A stretch of 63,994 bases of DNA, the filler included, from Blastocystis sp. subtype 4 (Eukaryota): NCBI RefSeq assembly GCF_000743755.1. It is 20 parts of 20 records of this genome, joined end to end, with 100 filler letters (N's around TTAATTAATTAA, not from the genome) between each part and the next. Parts side by side here need not be neighbours in the genome. Positions count along the whole stretch, not along the records: positions 48,748 to 52,818 come from NW_014568931.1; positions 52,919 to 55,827 come from NW_014568930.1; positions 55,928 to 58,836 come from NW_014568929.1; positions 58,937 to 61,840 come from NW_014568928.1; positions 61,941 to 63,994 come from NW_014568836.1; 15 more parts are not named here. The stretch is one strand, 5' to 3'. The notes beneath the pieces are model-generated. The model saw only the letters and a list, made by a program, of their open reading frames with translations. It was not told the origin of the DNA and searched no databases. Of the stretch, positions 52,312 through 63,994 are shown in pieces. The position numbers and the translations under genes were made by a program. Position 1 is the stretch's first letter, and each line of letters starts with the position of its first letter.

Positions 52312-52785
52312 ATGAGCATCCTCTACTTAAATCAGGATGGAAAGATACGAGCAGTTGATACAGCTGCTTCAGGAATCGTATACAAGAATGCAGATCAGAT
52401 TATTGTTAAGAGTAATGGGATTGTCAACACATACACATACACATCATTTGATAATGAAATCAATCTTAATCCTGGCAAATACATCATTCATGGTACAATC
52501 AAAGCCATTAACACAGATCTATGCTTTCTAGATCATTTCAANAACATTGAGGAAGTGTTTCAACAACCCTATCTCATCCAAACACTAATCCATCTATCAG
52601 ATCCTACTGATCTCATTGATGTTGATACAACAATCTTGCTTGATACAGCTAATCCATTGATCAAGTTCAGTTTCTGTAGATACATAGAGGTGGATGAAGC
52701 ATGTAAGATGGTTACAAATACGAACTACAATGGATTGAGCAATGTATGTATTGATATGATAGTTGAAAGTGTTTTTGTAGCTTAA
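52312..52785 (+). CDS. Intronless orphan ORF inside the element (157 aa, beta-rich appearance)
   Basis: ATG 52312 to TAA 52785. The next ATG at 52792 (MEKVKAWFT) runs into the linker. Confidence 0.55.
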   Translation: MSILYLNQDGKIRAVDTAASGIVYKNADQIIVKSNGIVNTYTYTSFDNEINLNPGKYIIHGTIKAINTDLCFLDHFXNIEEVFQQPYLIQTLIHLSDPTDLIDVDTTILLDTANPLIKFSFCRYIEVDEACKMVTNTNYNGLSNVCIDMIVESVFVA

Positions 52786-52918
52786 GAGTAAATGGAGAAA
52801 GTGAAAGCATGGTTTACANNNNNNNNNNNNNNNNNNNNNNNNNNNNNNNNNNNNNNNNNNNNTTAATTAATTAANNNNNNNNNNNNNNNNNNNNNNNNNN
52901 NNNNNNNNNNNNNNNNNN

Positions 52919-54076
52919 TCCATTCCTGTAACTCCTATTCACTCAATCAAGAAGTCCATCTCTGATCAATCATCCTCAGATCCTCCTCTCATCAACAAAC
53001 AACCAAATCACCACATTCATTCAAAACCATCTTCTGATCAAATCCCACAGATTGTCGATCGTTGTAAGAAGTCAAAGAAACGACGTGATCTTCAACAGTC
53101 TGCTTCAACTAATCCTCCTTCTGAGAAACGATCCAAACCACAGTCTTCATCTCTTGTAACTCCCTCACACTATTCACAGAACTCTGATATCTCTCAATCC
53201 TCTGTTCTCTCTCAATGGACTTCTCTTCTACAATTCTCTCCTTCCATTCTCTTATTGAATCCAGATTCATTCTCTTCTCATCCTTCTTCGATCCAGAAAT
53301 CAGAGATTGAAGCTTCACAGACTGTCTCTGAAGAAGAGTTGACTCGTGTTCTCCAAAAGGTAAGAATGATAGAAGGGGATGAGATGAAGCAAAGTTTCAA
53401 TGAGATGGAGATAATAGGTCAGTTCAACAGTAGTTTCATTCTCTGTCGATTGGGAGAGGATTTGTATATTCTGGATCAACATGCTTGTGATGAGAAGGTG
53501 AACTATGAGTCACTAATGAAGAATGTGGTGATTCAGTCCCAGAAACTCATTCAGTAGTATCTCTCTCTTATTCATATTCAGACCCATTACATTAGAACTA
53601 TCTCCAGATCAGGAATATGTGGTTATTCATAGTCCAGAGGTGTTTCGATCTAATGGATTCAATGTGTCAATTGATGAGTCTCGAGAATTGGGTTCACGAA
53701 TTACATTGACTTCACTCCCTGCTTCAAAACAATACACATTCACAGTGACAGGTGAGTTTGAAAGGTTGAAGTAAGATTCAGACTTCCTAGATTTGCTTGG
53801 ATTGGTAATGGAATCAGGAGGAATCATGGTTCGACCTCCGAAACTTGCAAAACTCCTTGCTAGTCGTGCCTGTCGTATGTCAGTAATGGTGGGAGATACA
53901 CTCAACTACACAAAGATGACAAGTGTATGATATTAGGAATGGATTGATTGTAGATTGTTAGAGCTTTGGCTGAACTTGATCGTCCTTGGTCTTGTCCTCA
54001 TGGGTAAGAATGGAAGTGAATGTTCAAGAATAGAAGACCTACACTTCGACATCTTTTATCCTTTTCTAATCTCTGA
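52919..54076 (+). CDS. PMS2: MutL homolog PMS2/PMS1, C-terminal endonuclease region, 5'-truncated
   Basis: IIGQFN, DQHACDEKVNYE, ASRACRMSVMVG and PWSCPHG/RPTLRHL. Confidence 0.93.
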
Positions 54077-54155
54077 GTTCTGTTTCTTTTGACTCACCAA
54101 TCACTCTTCTTTCAATTCATTCTACTATCGTGTTCTGAAGAANAACAAACATATC

Positions 54156-55153
54156 CACTTAAGATACACATGAATTAACCCCAATCCCACAAGGATGGAA
54201 GTGATGGAGGAACTCAGAATATTGATTCCATTTCCACTCAACACCTGGTGACCACAAATATGACCACACCTTGTAGGTAAATGACCCAAAACATTCCTAT
54301 TCTCCTTTCTCGCCTGCTTACAATCCTCACAAGCATGTTCCTCAAACTTGATTACACGCTTTTTCGATGCACACCACCAACTCTCCTCCAATATACTTCC
54401 AAGGAAGGAATCAAGAAAGGTCCCAAAAACCGAAGCAAACAGACACACAAGGAAGATTGCTAGAAAGGAAAGCTAGACATTAAAGGAAGATGATTAGACA
54501 ACAGAAGAAGAAGGTTGGATCAGAGCATACAAAAGTGTTAATACAAGACCAGCAAGACATGCAATACCTAATCCCAGACTACTGACACCTCCATTAGTCC
54601 CTGCTGGAACTGGTATCCATGGGAGAAAGAGAAGAAAAGGATTGGAAGAGAGAATACCAACTTCACTTCCCCAGGTGTCAGCACAACATTCACAGTAATA
54701 AGCAAGAACAATCGGAAGCAGAACGAAATCTACATTATATTCTTGAACAAAACTTACCTTCCTCCATTTGAACTTGATCATACAACTGGCGACTAATACC
54801 ATTCTTTGCAACACTCACATATAAACAAATTAAAGTCGGAATAAAGCTATTTGAAAGCACTTGAAGACTAGAACGTTCTCCTCCATACTTGAAATCATCT
54901 TCCTTTTGTTTCTTCACATTACTCCACATTTTGGTCAACTTCGAACTACAACATCACTACTTACTAATCTTCCTCACCTTGTAACAAAGAAGAAAATCAA
55001 TAGAAAGGCATATCTCCATCCAGCAACAATATGAATTGAACCAACAAGAAAAGATGTGAAGGCTCCTCCTCGAGATAATGAATGTTTCTGATACGAGCGC
55101 AATGAAACAAAATACACTAGAAGAACTCCAAACAAAATATAAAACAATCCCAT
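54156..55153 (-). CDS. TMEM19: TMEM19/DUF92 membrane protein
   Basis: GGERSSLQVLSN, ADTWGSEVG, VPAGTNGGVS and LDSFLGS..GNGINILSS. The stop is probably poly(A)-created. Confidence 0.9.
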
Positions 55154-55439
55154 AATGTGTAGATAAGGAGAGAATGAGACTTGAACTAATGAACAAAATC
55201 AGATCGATTTCAGGATCCCAATGAATAGTTTTTTGTCCATTCAAGCGGGATTTGCATTTAAAATATGTCTTCGTACGTGATTTGAATTGAGAGAACTAAT
55301 AGAATAGAAAGAGTGAAGAAAGATGAAGAATGAATGATATTGTAGATCAGAGGAAAAAGGAAACTGGCTTGAGTATTTCCTATAAGAAGGTATGATTGTG
55401 AAATGAATGGTGTAATTGAAATAGAATGAAAACTTCTCT

Positions 55440-55818
<379 letters not shown>

Positions 55819-55927
55819 TGAGATGACNNNNNNNNNNNNNNNNNNNNNNNNNNNNNNNNNNNNNNNNNNNNTTAATTAATTAANNNNNNNNNNNNNNNNN
55901 NNNNNNNNNNNNNNNNNNNNNNNNNNN

Positions 55928-56802
55928 TTGAAAGAAACGCATATCGATTGAAATTGAATACGAATAGTATCAGAAAACCTTCTTCTATTGAATCTGACTT
56001 CTCTTCTCATGATCAAGGTACTTTCAAACGAGATTCTTCTTTGAATTTCGAGGACATTTTGGGTTATGAGCGTAGTGAGATAATTGTGTTGATAGTATTT
56101 GTGATATTCTTACTCTTTGTGAATTGTCTCCTTCCTTATTATGATCGATTATCTTTGATACATTATCTGAATGTGATTATAATGGGTCTATCCATTGTTT
56201 ATATTGGATTCGTGTTATCTCAGGTGGGTGATTTACCTAGTTGGGCAAAGACATGGTTAAAGATTTCATTCTGTTTGTTCTTTGATGGTATATTTATGTG
56301 TTATATTGATACCAAGTATGGTACTGCAGAAAATAGTGGATTGTATGGAATGATGTCAATTGATGGTGTGGTTCTATTCTTGATAGGATTGTGCCAATAT
56401 GTTAATGAATTACGAGGAATGAGTTCATATGGAACATTCATGTGCTGTGGAATAGGGACAAATTATGAGCATAAACACGAGACTGTATTGATGCTATTTC
56501 TGATTATCCTATTGTTTCTGAATCGTCTCACTCCTTTCAGTGCTCAATCATCTTTCATAGGGTATTTGGGTGTGAGTATAGTGGGCCTACTTTTTTTCTT
56601 TCCTATACTTATGATGCTGCATAATTCATTTACTGCATGGATGAACGTATGCTTAACGATTGAACTCTCTTTGTGTTTTGATAGTGTCATGATGCTCTTC
56701 ATTAGTATGTTTAATTTTTCAATGTTTCCAGTATATGGATTTATTTGTTACATTAGTGTGAATCTGTTGCTGGTAACGGCTTGTGTCTTGAAATTACAAT
56801 GA
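55928..56802 (+). CDS. Multi-pass membrane protein, 5'-truncated
   Basis: About 8 hydrophobic segments arranged as two similar halves in an uninterrupted frame. Confidence 0.55.
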
Positions 56803-58024
56803 CGCTATAACTGATGTTGTGTATTCATTTGAATGGGTGTTCTTGTTATGATAGATTTTGATAATGTTGTTCACATCTTCTTTCATTGTTTGTTCAAACA
56901 GGAATGAAATCAATGTACCATTCTTACTCTCAACGCCTTTCAAGTACTCCTTCCATTTCATTCTCATTTCATTCCATATTCATCCATATCATTCATTCTT
57001 CTATATACACAGATCTCATTATTTAAAAATAAACATTTGATATTGAATAGAATCAAGAATCAGATTTCATCGGCTTCTACTGATACTCACCTATGATTAT
57101 TATTCAATTCACACTAACAGAATGACTTGTTTCTTTGACTCATTCTCTTGAACACTCACTTTATATCATCATCAATCATCCATTCCCTTATGAGTTTCAA
57201 ATCATTATATCACTTCATATCATTAGTCTTTCTTCTTTCATATAGTCATCAGCAATACAAACAGAAGAATCACAACAACAATATAGATGAGACTAGAGCA
57301 ATTGAAGAGAGAACAATCTTCTCACTTCATTTCTGACATCAATGATGATTGATGATAGTTCTAGTTGATGAATTGAACATGATCAGAATAAAGAGATTCT
57401 GACTCCATAGTGAAGATAACTCCTTATTCATTGAATGGATGAACAATTGAGAATCCTATCGTTGAACAATGATATTGTTATAATATGAATAGAGAATGAT
57501 ATGATTGTAGTAGTATTATGGTACATTGATGAATTCCATTGATTCCCATAATCATATTCAGTTAATTGTGTTCTGTTTCATTGTTATCATATTGCAATGC
57601 ATACTGATAAATGAATGATGACGATATGAATGAATATGGAATGAATCGAAGAATGAGATGGAGAGATATGAATCTTATTCATTATGAGTTTGATAGTATT
57701 GCGAAATATCCTATTTGTTGCTCGAATAATGAAGAAGGAGAGCTTAGTCGACATGGTGATATTCGGGGCAACGAACAGTCACAATTACAGATTCTCACTT
57801 TGAATGAAATAAATAGTAGGTGTAGCTATATTTCAATACACAGATCTGAATGATGGCATCAGAGGAATCGGACACCAACTCGTTAATAATCCTTATATTA
57901 TCTCTTTGTAGCATGCAATAATATATATAATGTAATCCGTCACTCAGCCAATGGGCTCTAAAACACCAATCAAATCATTCATTTATGACTGATACAAATC
58001 GCGGTATTTACTACATTATTAACT

Positions 58025-58258
58025 GCCTAACTTCCGTGTTTCCACCCAGTTTTTAATCATAATTTGCATGAATTTGGTCATGATTGTTGCGGTTGTTAGT
58101 CACCTTGTTTTTTTGTCCATCTTTTGTGTTTATCACTCAGCCGTCTATGCACAAAATTCGTGCATACTTTATTCATACCAAATGCGGTGTGAGGGAGGTC
58201 GGAGGCACTGCGCGCCTCCGACCTCCCTCCAGAATCCGATTGGCCTCAGGCCTCATTA
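58025..58258 (-). mobile_element. Unclassified element end, copy 3 (reverse orientation)
   Basis: GGCCTCAGGCCTCATTA at 58242-58258 is the exact reverse complement of 22136-22152. Perfect 16-bp hairpin at 58191-58229. Minus-strand blocks ACACAAAAGATGG, AACAAGGTGACTAACAA, GACCAA and GAAACACGGAAG match copies 1 and 2. Confidence 0.7.
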
Positions 58259-58559
58259 TGTTATATCTGGTAATAATTCTTATTCTCTTTCTCAATAACT
58301 CCTTTCACTCCAGATGCCAATTATGTAGTATTCTTCATGTCACTTAAGAGTAGCATCATCTACTCAATTGATAGCAGTTAAAGTGAGAAGGAAATCAGAG
58401 ATTACTTTATCATCTCTATTTGTGAATGCTTCAGTGAATAGTGGAACACAATGAAGGATAATCACCACTAGAATATGATTATGATGATATCAAGTATCCT
58501 ATTCCCTTCAATGAACTTGTTGGAAAGAAAGAGAATCGTTATGTAGATTTCAATATAAC

Positions 58560-58836
58560 AAGAGATGGTTTTCCTTCATTCCTCAACTTTGGAGTTGTTC
58601 AGCCATCTCTCAATCCTGATAATGAATATGTAATTGTGACAGGTGCTTCACAGAATCATGTTCTATCGTTAGTGAATCTATTGTATTCCACATTGTTAGC
58701 TAATCCTTATTCTCCTCTTGTCATTGTGGATTATGGCATCTATGAAGCTGGATTGATGTATCTACTATCCAATATTACTCAGATTCACTTGCTTCGGAAA
58801 CAAATTGGAAGTGAATCACTCATCTATTATCGCAAA
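58560..58836 (+). CDS. DUF1647/glycosyltransferase-like protein fragment
   Basis: VIVTGASQNHVLSLVNLLYS..LVIVDYGI. Both ends unresolved. Confidence 0.5.
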
Positions 58837-58936
58837 NNNNNNNNNNNNNNNNNNNNNNNNNNNNNNNNNNNNNNNNNNNNTTAATTAATTAANNNNNNNN
58901 NNNNNNNNNNNNNNNNNNNNNNNNNNNNNNNNNNNN

Positions 58937-61840
58937 AGATAGAGAAAGAGAGATCATCTCCATCGATCACTGGAGTGATTGAGAATGATTCATCTCTTGC
59001 AATAGCATAAGAGGAATTAGAATAGAAGAATGAAGTGATGCGAGCAAGAACAATGAATGAAAGAGTGAATGATTGATCATTCAAATCATTGAATGCTTTG
59101 ATAGTTGAGATGACATAGATTCAGAAGGTGTTCCAGATATGGTTCCAGTTGATTCATTGAGTATGAGTCCAGTAGGAAGAGATCCTGATATCACAGAGAA
59201 TGAAGGACTTGTTCCTTGTATTGTTGGCGAAGCTGTATAGTCTTCTCCAAGAGCAAGAGTATAAGAAGCATCGGGATATGAGAATGAAGAGATAGGAATA
59301 AGTACAGAGAATGTGAGAGTGACAGACAGGTCACTAACATTATTAGATGCTTTGATAGTGACTGATTGATATATGATAGATTGAGAAGGAATTCCTGATA
59401 TCACTCCAGTTGTTGAGTTGAGAGATAATCCAATAGGAAGAGATCCAGATAAGATAGAGAAAGAGAGATCATCTCCATCGATCACTGGAGTGATTGAGAA
59501 TGATTCATCTCTTGCAATAGCATAAGAGGAATTAGAATAGAAGAATGAAGAGATAGGAGTGAGAACAGTGAATGAAAGAGTGAATGATTGATCATTCAAA
59601 TCATTGAATGCTTTGATAGTGACTGATTGAGATGACATAGATTCAGAAGGTGTTCCAGATATGGTTCCAGTTGATTCATTGAGTATGAGTCCAGTAGGAA
59701 GAGATCCTGATATCACAGAGAATGATAAACCATCTCCATAGACTATTGGAGTGATAGAGAATGGACTATTTTTGGTTAGAATATATGTGGAATTAGGATA
59801 TGAGAATGAAGAGATAGGAATAAGTACAGAGAATGTGAGAGTGACAAATTGACCATCCAATTCATTATGAGCATAGATCGTAACGGATTGAGTTACGACG
59901 GATTGAGATGGTATTCCAGATATGATTCCATTGGAATGATCGAAATCAAGTCCAGAAGGAAGAATTCCTGAAGAAATAGAGAAAGAGAGATCATCTCCAT
60001 TGACTATTGGAGTAATAGAGAATGGACTATTTCTGGTTAGAATATATGTGGAATTAGGATATGAGAATGAAGTGAGGCGAGTGAGAACAGTGAATGAAAG
60101 AGAGAATGATAGATCATTACTCACTTCATTCGAGGCTTTGATAGTGACTGATTGCAACTTGACAAATTGAGAAGGAGTTCCAGAGATGACTCCAGTTGAA
60201 GTATTGAGAGATAATCCAATAGGAAGAGATCCTGATGAGATAGAGAATGAGAGTTCATCTCCATCAACAGTAGGAGAGATAGAGAATGATTCATTTTTTG
60301 GGAGAACATAGGAGAATAGAGAATATGAGAACGAAGTGATGGAAGTAAGTACTGTGAATGTGAGAGTGACAGAGTAATCACTCACATCATTGTGAGCATT
60401 AATAGTGACTGATTGCAATTTGACAAACTCAGAAGGAACTCCTGATATCACTCCAGTTGAAGGATTGAGAGACAAACCAGGAGGAAGAGATCCTGATGAG
60501 GTAGAGAATGAGAGACTATCTCCACTGATCGAAGGAGTAGCAGAAAATGGACTATTTTTTGACAGAACATATAAAGATTGTGGATAGGAGAACAATGAGA
60601 TGGACTGAAGAATGGTAAATGTGAGAGAGAATGATAGATCATTACTCACTTCATTTGAGGCTTTGATAGTGACTGATTGAGATAAGACAAACTCAGAAGG
60701 AGTTCCTGATATCACTCCAGTTTAGAGACAAACCAGGAGGAAGAGATCCTGATGAGGTAGAGAATGACAAATCATCTCCATTGACCGTGGGAATGATGGA
60801 AAATGACTCACCAACGGATTTAATATATGTGGAATTAGGATAAGAGAATGAAGTGAGGCGAGTGAGAACAGTGAATGAAAGAGAGAATGATAGATCATTA
60901 CTCACTTCATTTGAGGCTTTGATAGTGACTGATTGAGATAAGACAAACTCAGAAGGAGTTCCTGATATCACTCCAGTTCAAACCATTAGGAAGAGATCCT
61001 GATGAGGTTGAGAATGAGAGTTCATCTCCATCGACAGTAGGAGAGATAGAGAATGATTCATCTTTTGCGAGAGCATAGTAGGGCTGAGGATAAGAGAATG
61101 AAGTGATGCGAGTGAGCACCTTGAATGAAAGAGAGAATGATAGATCATTACTCACTTCATTTGAGGCTTTGATAGTGACTGATTGAGATAAGACAAACTC
61201 AGAAGGAGTTCCTGATATCGTTCCATTTGAAGGATTGAAAGACAAACCTTTAGGAAGAGATCCTGATGAGATAGAGAATGACAAATCATCTCCATCGATT
61301 GAAGGAGTGATTGAAACAGGATTATCCTTTGACAGAGCATAATAATTCTTAGGATATGAGAATGAAGTGAGGCGAGTGAGAATAGTAAATGAAAGAGGGA
61401 AGGTCTGATTACTCACTTGATTGGATGCTTTGATAGTGACTAATTGAGATAAGACAAACTCAGAAGGAGTTCCATCTATCATTCCAGTTGTCGAATTGAG
61501 AAACAAACCAGTAGGAAGAGATCCTGATATGATAGAGAATGAGAGTTCATCTCCATTGACAGTAGGAGAAACAGAGAATGATTCATCTTTTGCACAAGCA
61601 TAATAATTCTTAGGATATGAGAATGAAGTGATGCGAGTGAGAACATTGAATGTAAGGGTGACATTTTGACTATTCACTTGATTGGATGCTTCGATAGTGA
61701 CTGATTGAGATAAAACAAACTCAGAAGGAGTTCCATCTATCACTCCAGTTGATGGATTTAGAGATAGACCAATAGGAAGTGATCCTGATGTGATGGAGAA
61801 TAAAGGCTCAGATCCATTGATTGTAGGAGAAATAGAGACT
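58937..61840 (-). pseudogene. Tandem putative-Ig (He_PIG) repeat protein with three frameshifts
   Basis: About 11 repeats of ~86 aa (SFSYP..FSISP..DGDDLSFS..SGSLPxGL..TGxISGTPS). Short deletions shift the frame near 60980, 60722 and 59105. Confidence 0.65.
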
Positions 61841-62597
61841 NNNNNNNNNNNNNNNNNNNNNNNNNNNNNNNNNNNNNNNNNNNNTTAATTAATTAANNNN
61901 NNNNNNNNNNNNNNNNNNNNNNNNNNNNNNNNNNNNNNNNCAGTTGTGTTTCCTTGATTGTTATAACAAACAAGCAACTTCAAGTCACTACAGAAAATGA
62001 GACTGGATAAGAGCTAACCGATTCAGCCACCACGTAATCAGGTAGTGAGTATAATACTCTTGATTACTCTTGCATCCGCTATCCCACAGAGCCATAAACG
62101 ACTCAATGGTGTTATAAGAATGCAAAAACACTTCACACAGCTTACCTCACTCTTTCACAGCTCAACTTGCCAATTTGTCAAGAAAACAATGACTCTTTTT
62201 CATCAACAACAATCACCGCGGGGAAGTGATAATCATCATGAACATGACAAATCCTCAACCAATATGCCTCTTACAACATATCATATCGTATAGAATGAGA
62301 CTAAGTCATTTCAATGGGCAGATCAAAACACCATTCTTTTTCTTATTTGTCTTATCAATGATTCTTACTCCAAATCCTATTATCTTTCGATTTCTGAGTA
62401 GTTCATATCCAGTCATAGAATCCAAGTCACTCCATCTAACCTCTCCTATCCTCTTTTCGTCTCCTCTAGTTTATAGAAATCTCAGTAGAATTGAAATCAA
62501 AAAAGAGTCAAATCCCTCGAAAGAATTCCACGTTTCCCTATTTAGTCCACGCAGTTGTTGGCATAGCCTTTTCGTCTTGGTAGCTTTCCACATCGAT

Positions 62598-63930
62598 ATG
62601 GATGCTCTAAAACCTGGAATTCTCCAAAACATTGCCAAATTCCTCACTTTGCGTTGGTTTGAAAAAGTCAGGTTTTGAGACCTAGGGGAATTGTTCGCCT
62701 CCTTTGAGCCTGTTAGTCGGAGTACTAAAGAAGTCGTGAATGAAGTAGAGAATGGTTTTCGTTTGTTCTTGTAGTTGTGTCGACAGATGAAAACACTGAA
62801 TCTTTGTGGATACCACACCATGTCAGACTCAGAATTCATTTCGTTGATGAGGTTAGGTTGGCTTTGATGAATGAGAGGTAGAAGGTGTTGTGATGTGACA
62901 TTTCTGTCTCTTGACTACTCTGCCAATATGACTACATGCAATCAAGAGTAAGATTCGAGTGAGGGCTTTAGGAATTAGTCTCTGGGAAGTGAATATCTAT
63001 TGTCCAAAGCTCCAAATCATTGTAATTCATGGAAGGTATAAATTGGGGGTGGAAATGAAGTGTAGTCCGATCTATGCGAATGAATTTGGAAATGAAGTAG
63101 TTGCTCGGTTAGCAGGTATTGATGGGTCAATCCCATCTATTTACCAAGACCGACCGTTGAGTAGAAGTTTGAGGAAGTCTTGAGCATAGTCAATGTGTAT
63201 CACATCTTTTGTTCAGCTCGTATTGTTCATCTCGTGAGTGTATTCAACTTGCGTGAAACTCCAGTCACAGTACGAGTGTGGTCACTCCTGAAGTATGTGT
63301 TATGTAGGAATAGAAGAAAAGAATGACAAATAGCTACAGAGAATATTGAAATGATTCTCCGTAACCTGAGTCTCGATCATCTGGTGATCTGCTCCTTCTT
63401 TGCAGTCTGTCGTGTCTATAATATTAATATATCATTTCACAACATTCTAGATGTGTACACAGCCTATCTTGTACCGTTTCAGACAATCAATAGTATTGTC
63501 GATTGGGGTGATGTAAATCGATTGTGGTTTGAGGTGGATGTGAAATCCGTGTCGGATTATGCATCCTTTTCTCCTTCCTCTCAAACCAAGGCTTCTTATG
63601 TACATGGAACAATGGTAGATCTCTACAATACATCCTTTGTCCCTTTTGTGTATCCTGTTATCCAGTATTATCATGCATCGCTTCAAACAGGAGACTCACG
63701 CAATATGAATTCGAGACCCGGAGTTATCCCAGGAGGGGTGAATTAATCCTTTTTGTACCATTTGCATGCCCTAAATTGTTTGTTGTCAGAACATGGATTT
63801 CGCAAATGAGTTTCCAGTCTCCCATTACCGATCAGGAGATTTCATGACTAACAACAAACTCAAGATTCACAAAGAAGCGGATTTGAAGAATCTAGCCAAT
63901 ATCCAGTCCTCTGGAAGAGTATTGTTCTGA
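62598..63930 (+). CDS. Retinoblastoma pocket-B-like region preceded by LRR-like exons (one or two genes)
   Basis: ARIVHL..VWSLLKY..MILRNLSLDHLVICSFFAVCRV..F..ILDVY..MVDLYNTSFVP resembles RB_B. Upstream are LRR-like MKTLNLCGY and VTFLSLDY. Splicing unresolved. Confidence 0.55.
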
Positions 63931-63994
63931 AATCATTGAATCTAATGAACTAGAATGTTATTGAACAGAATGTAGTGATCCACTCTGATCTTGG

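Larger units (their letters stand above)
51738..52818 (+). mobile_element. Unclassified element end, copy 2, with 27-bp tandem repeat, 38-bp inverted repeat and downstream ORFs
   Basis: 51750-51990 aligns by eye with 22163-22395 (CTGCGGAGGG, GCAAGCGCC, CACCTCCTTG, GCTGACGC, AAAGTAAACA, TCTGACACTAAA, AATATGGATTA). Confidence 0.7.

Noticed and set aside
63777..63784. TGTTTGTT inside the RB-like region as a 3'-end signal
   Set aside because: Could equally lie in an intron ending at the nearby CAG. Ambiguous without transcripts.

Overview
This window is not contiguous genome. It is 20 short contigs (about 2-4 kb) joined by 19 artificial N44-TTAATTAATTAA-N44 linkers, so gene order across linkers is meaningless. 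The DNA is eukaryotic and AT-rich, with very short (~30 nt) GT-AG introns, tiny intergenic spacers, many Ig-repeat surface proteins and a TGTTTGTT 3'-end motif. These features strongly suggest the gut stramenopile Blastocystis (inferred). Recognisable genes include Sec23/24-like, RBM19/MRD1, RPN6, a DHHC acyltransferase, an MFS transporter, an HMG-box protein, RPA49-like, aspartase, an ABCC pseudogene, Hsp70, sideroflexin, RPL8, RPL11, two aldo-keto reductases, NFS1, xylose isomerase, UTP5-like, PMS2-like, TMEM19, ProRS, GT49-like enzymes and an RB pocket-B-like gene. The main unexplained signal is a ~250-bp non-coding element end found in three diverged copies on three contigs (22136+, ~51740+, 58258-). 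It has a shared 17-nt terminus (two copies), a GC-rich hairpin kept by compensatory changes and conserved blocks. In two copies it is followed by inverted iteron-like arrays whose repeat unit differs between copies. One copy truncates a LINE endonuclease ORF and another leads into compact intronless orphan ORFs. This is a candidate undescribed mobile element or endogenous virus family. In addition, three or four genes lack a genomic stop at the expected place and would gain one by polyadenylation 4 nt upstream of TGTTTGTT.
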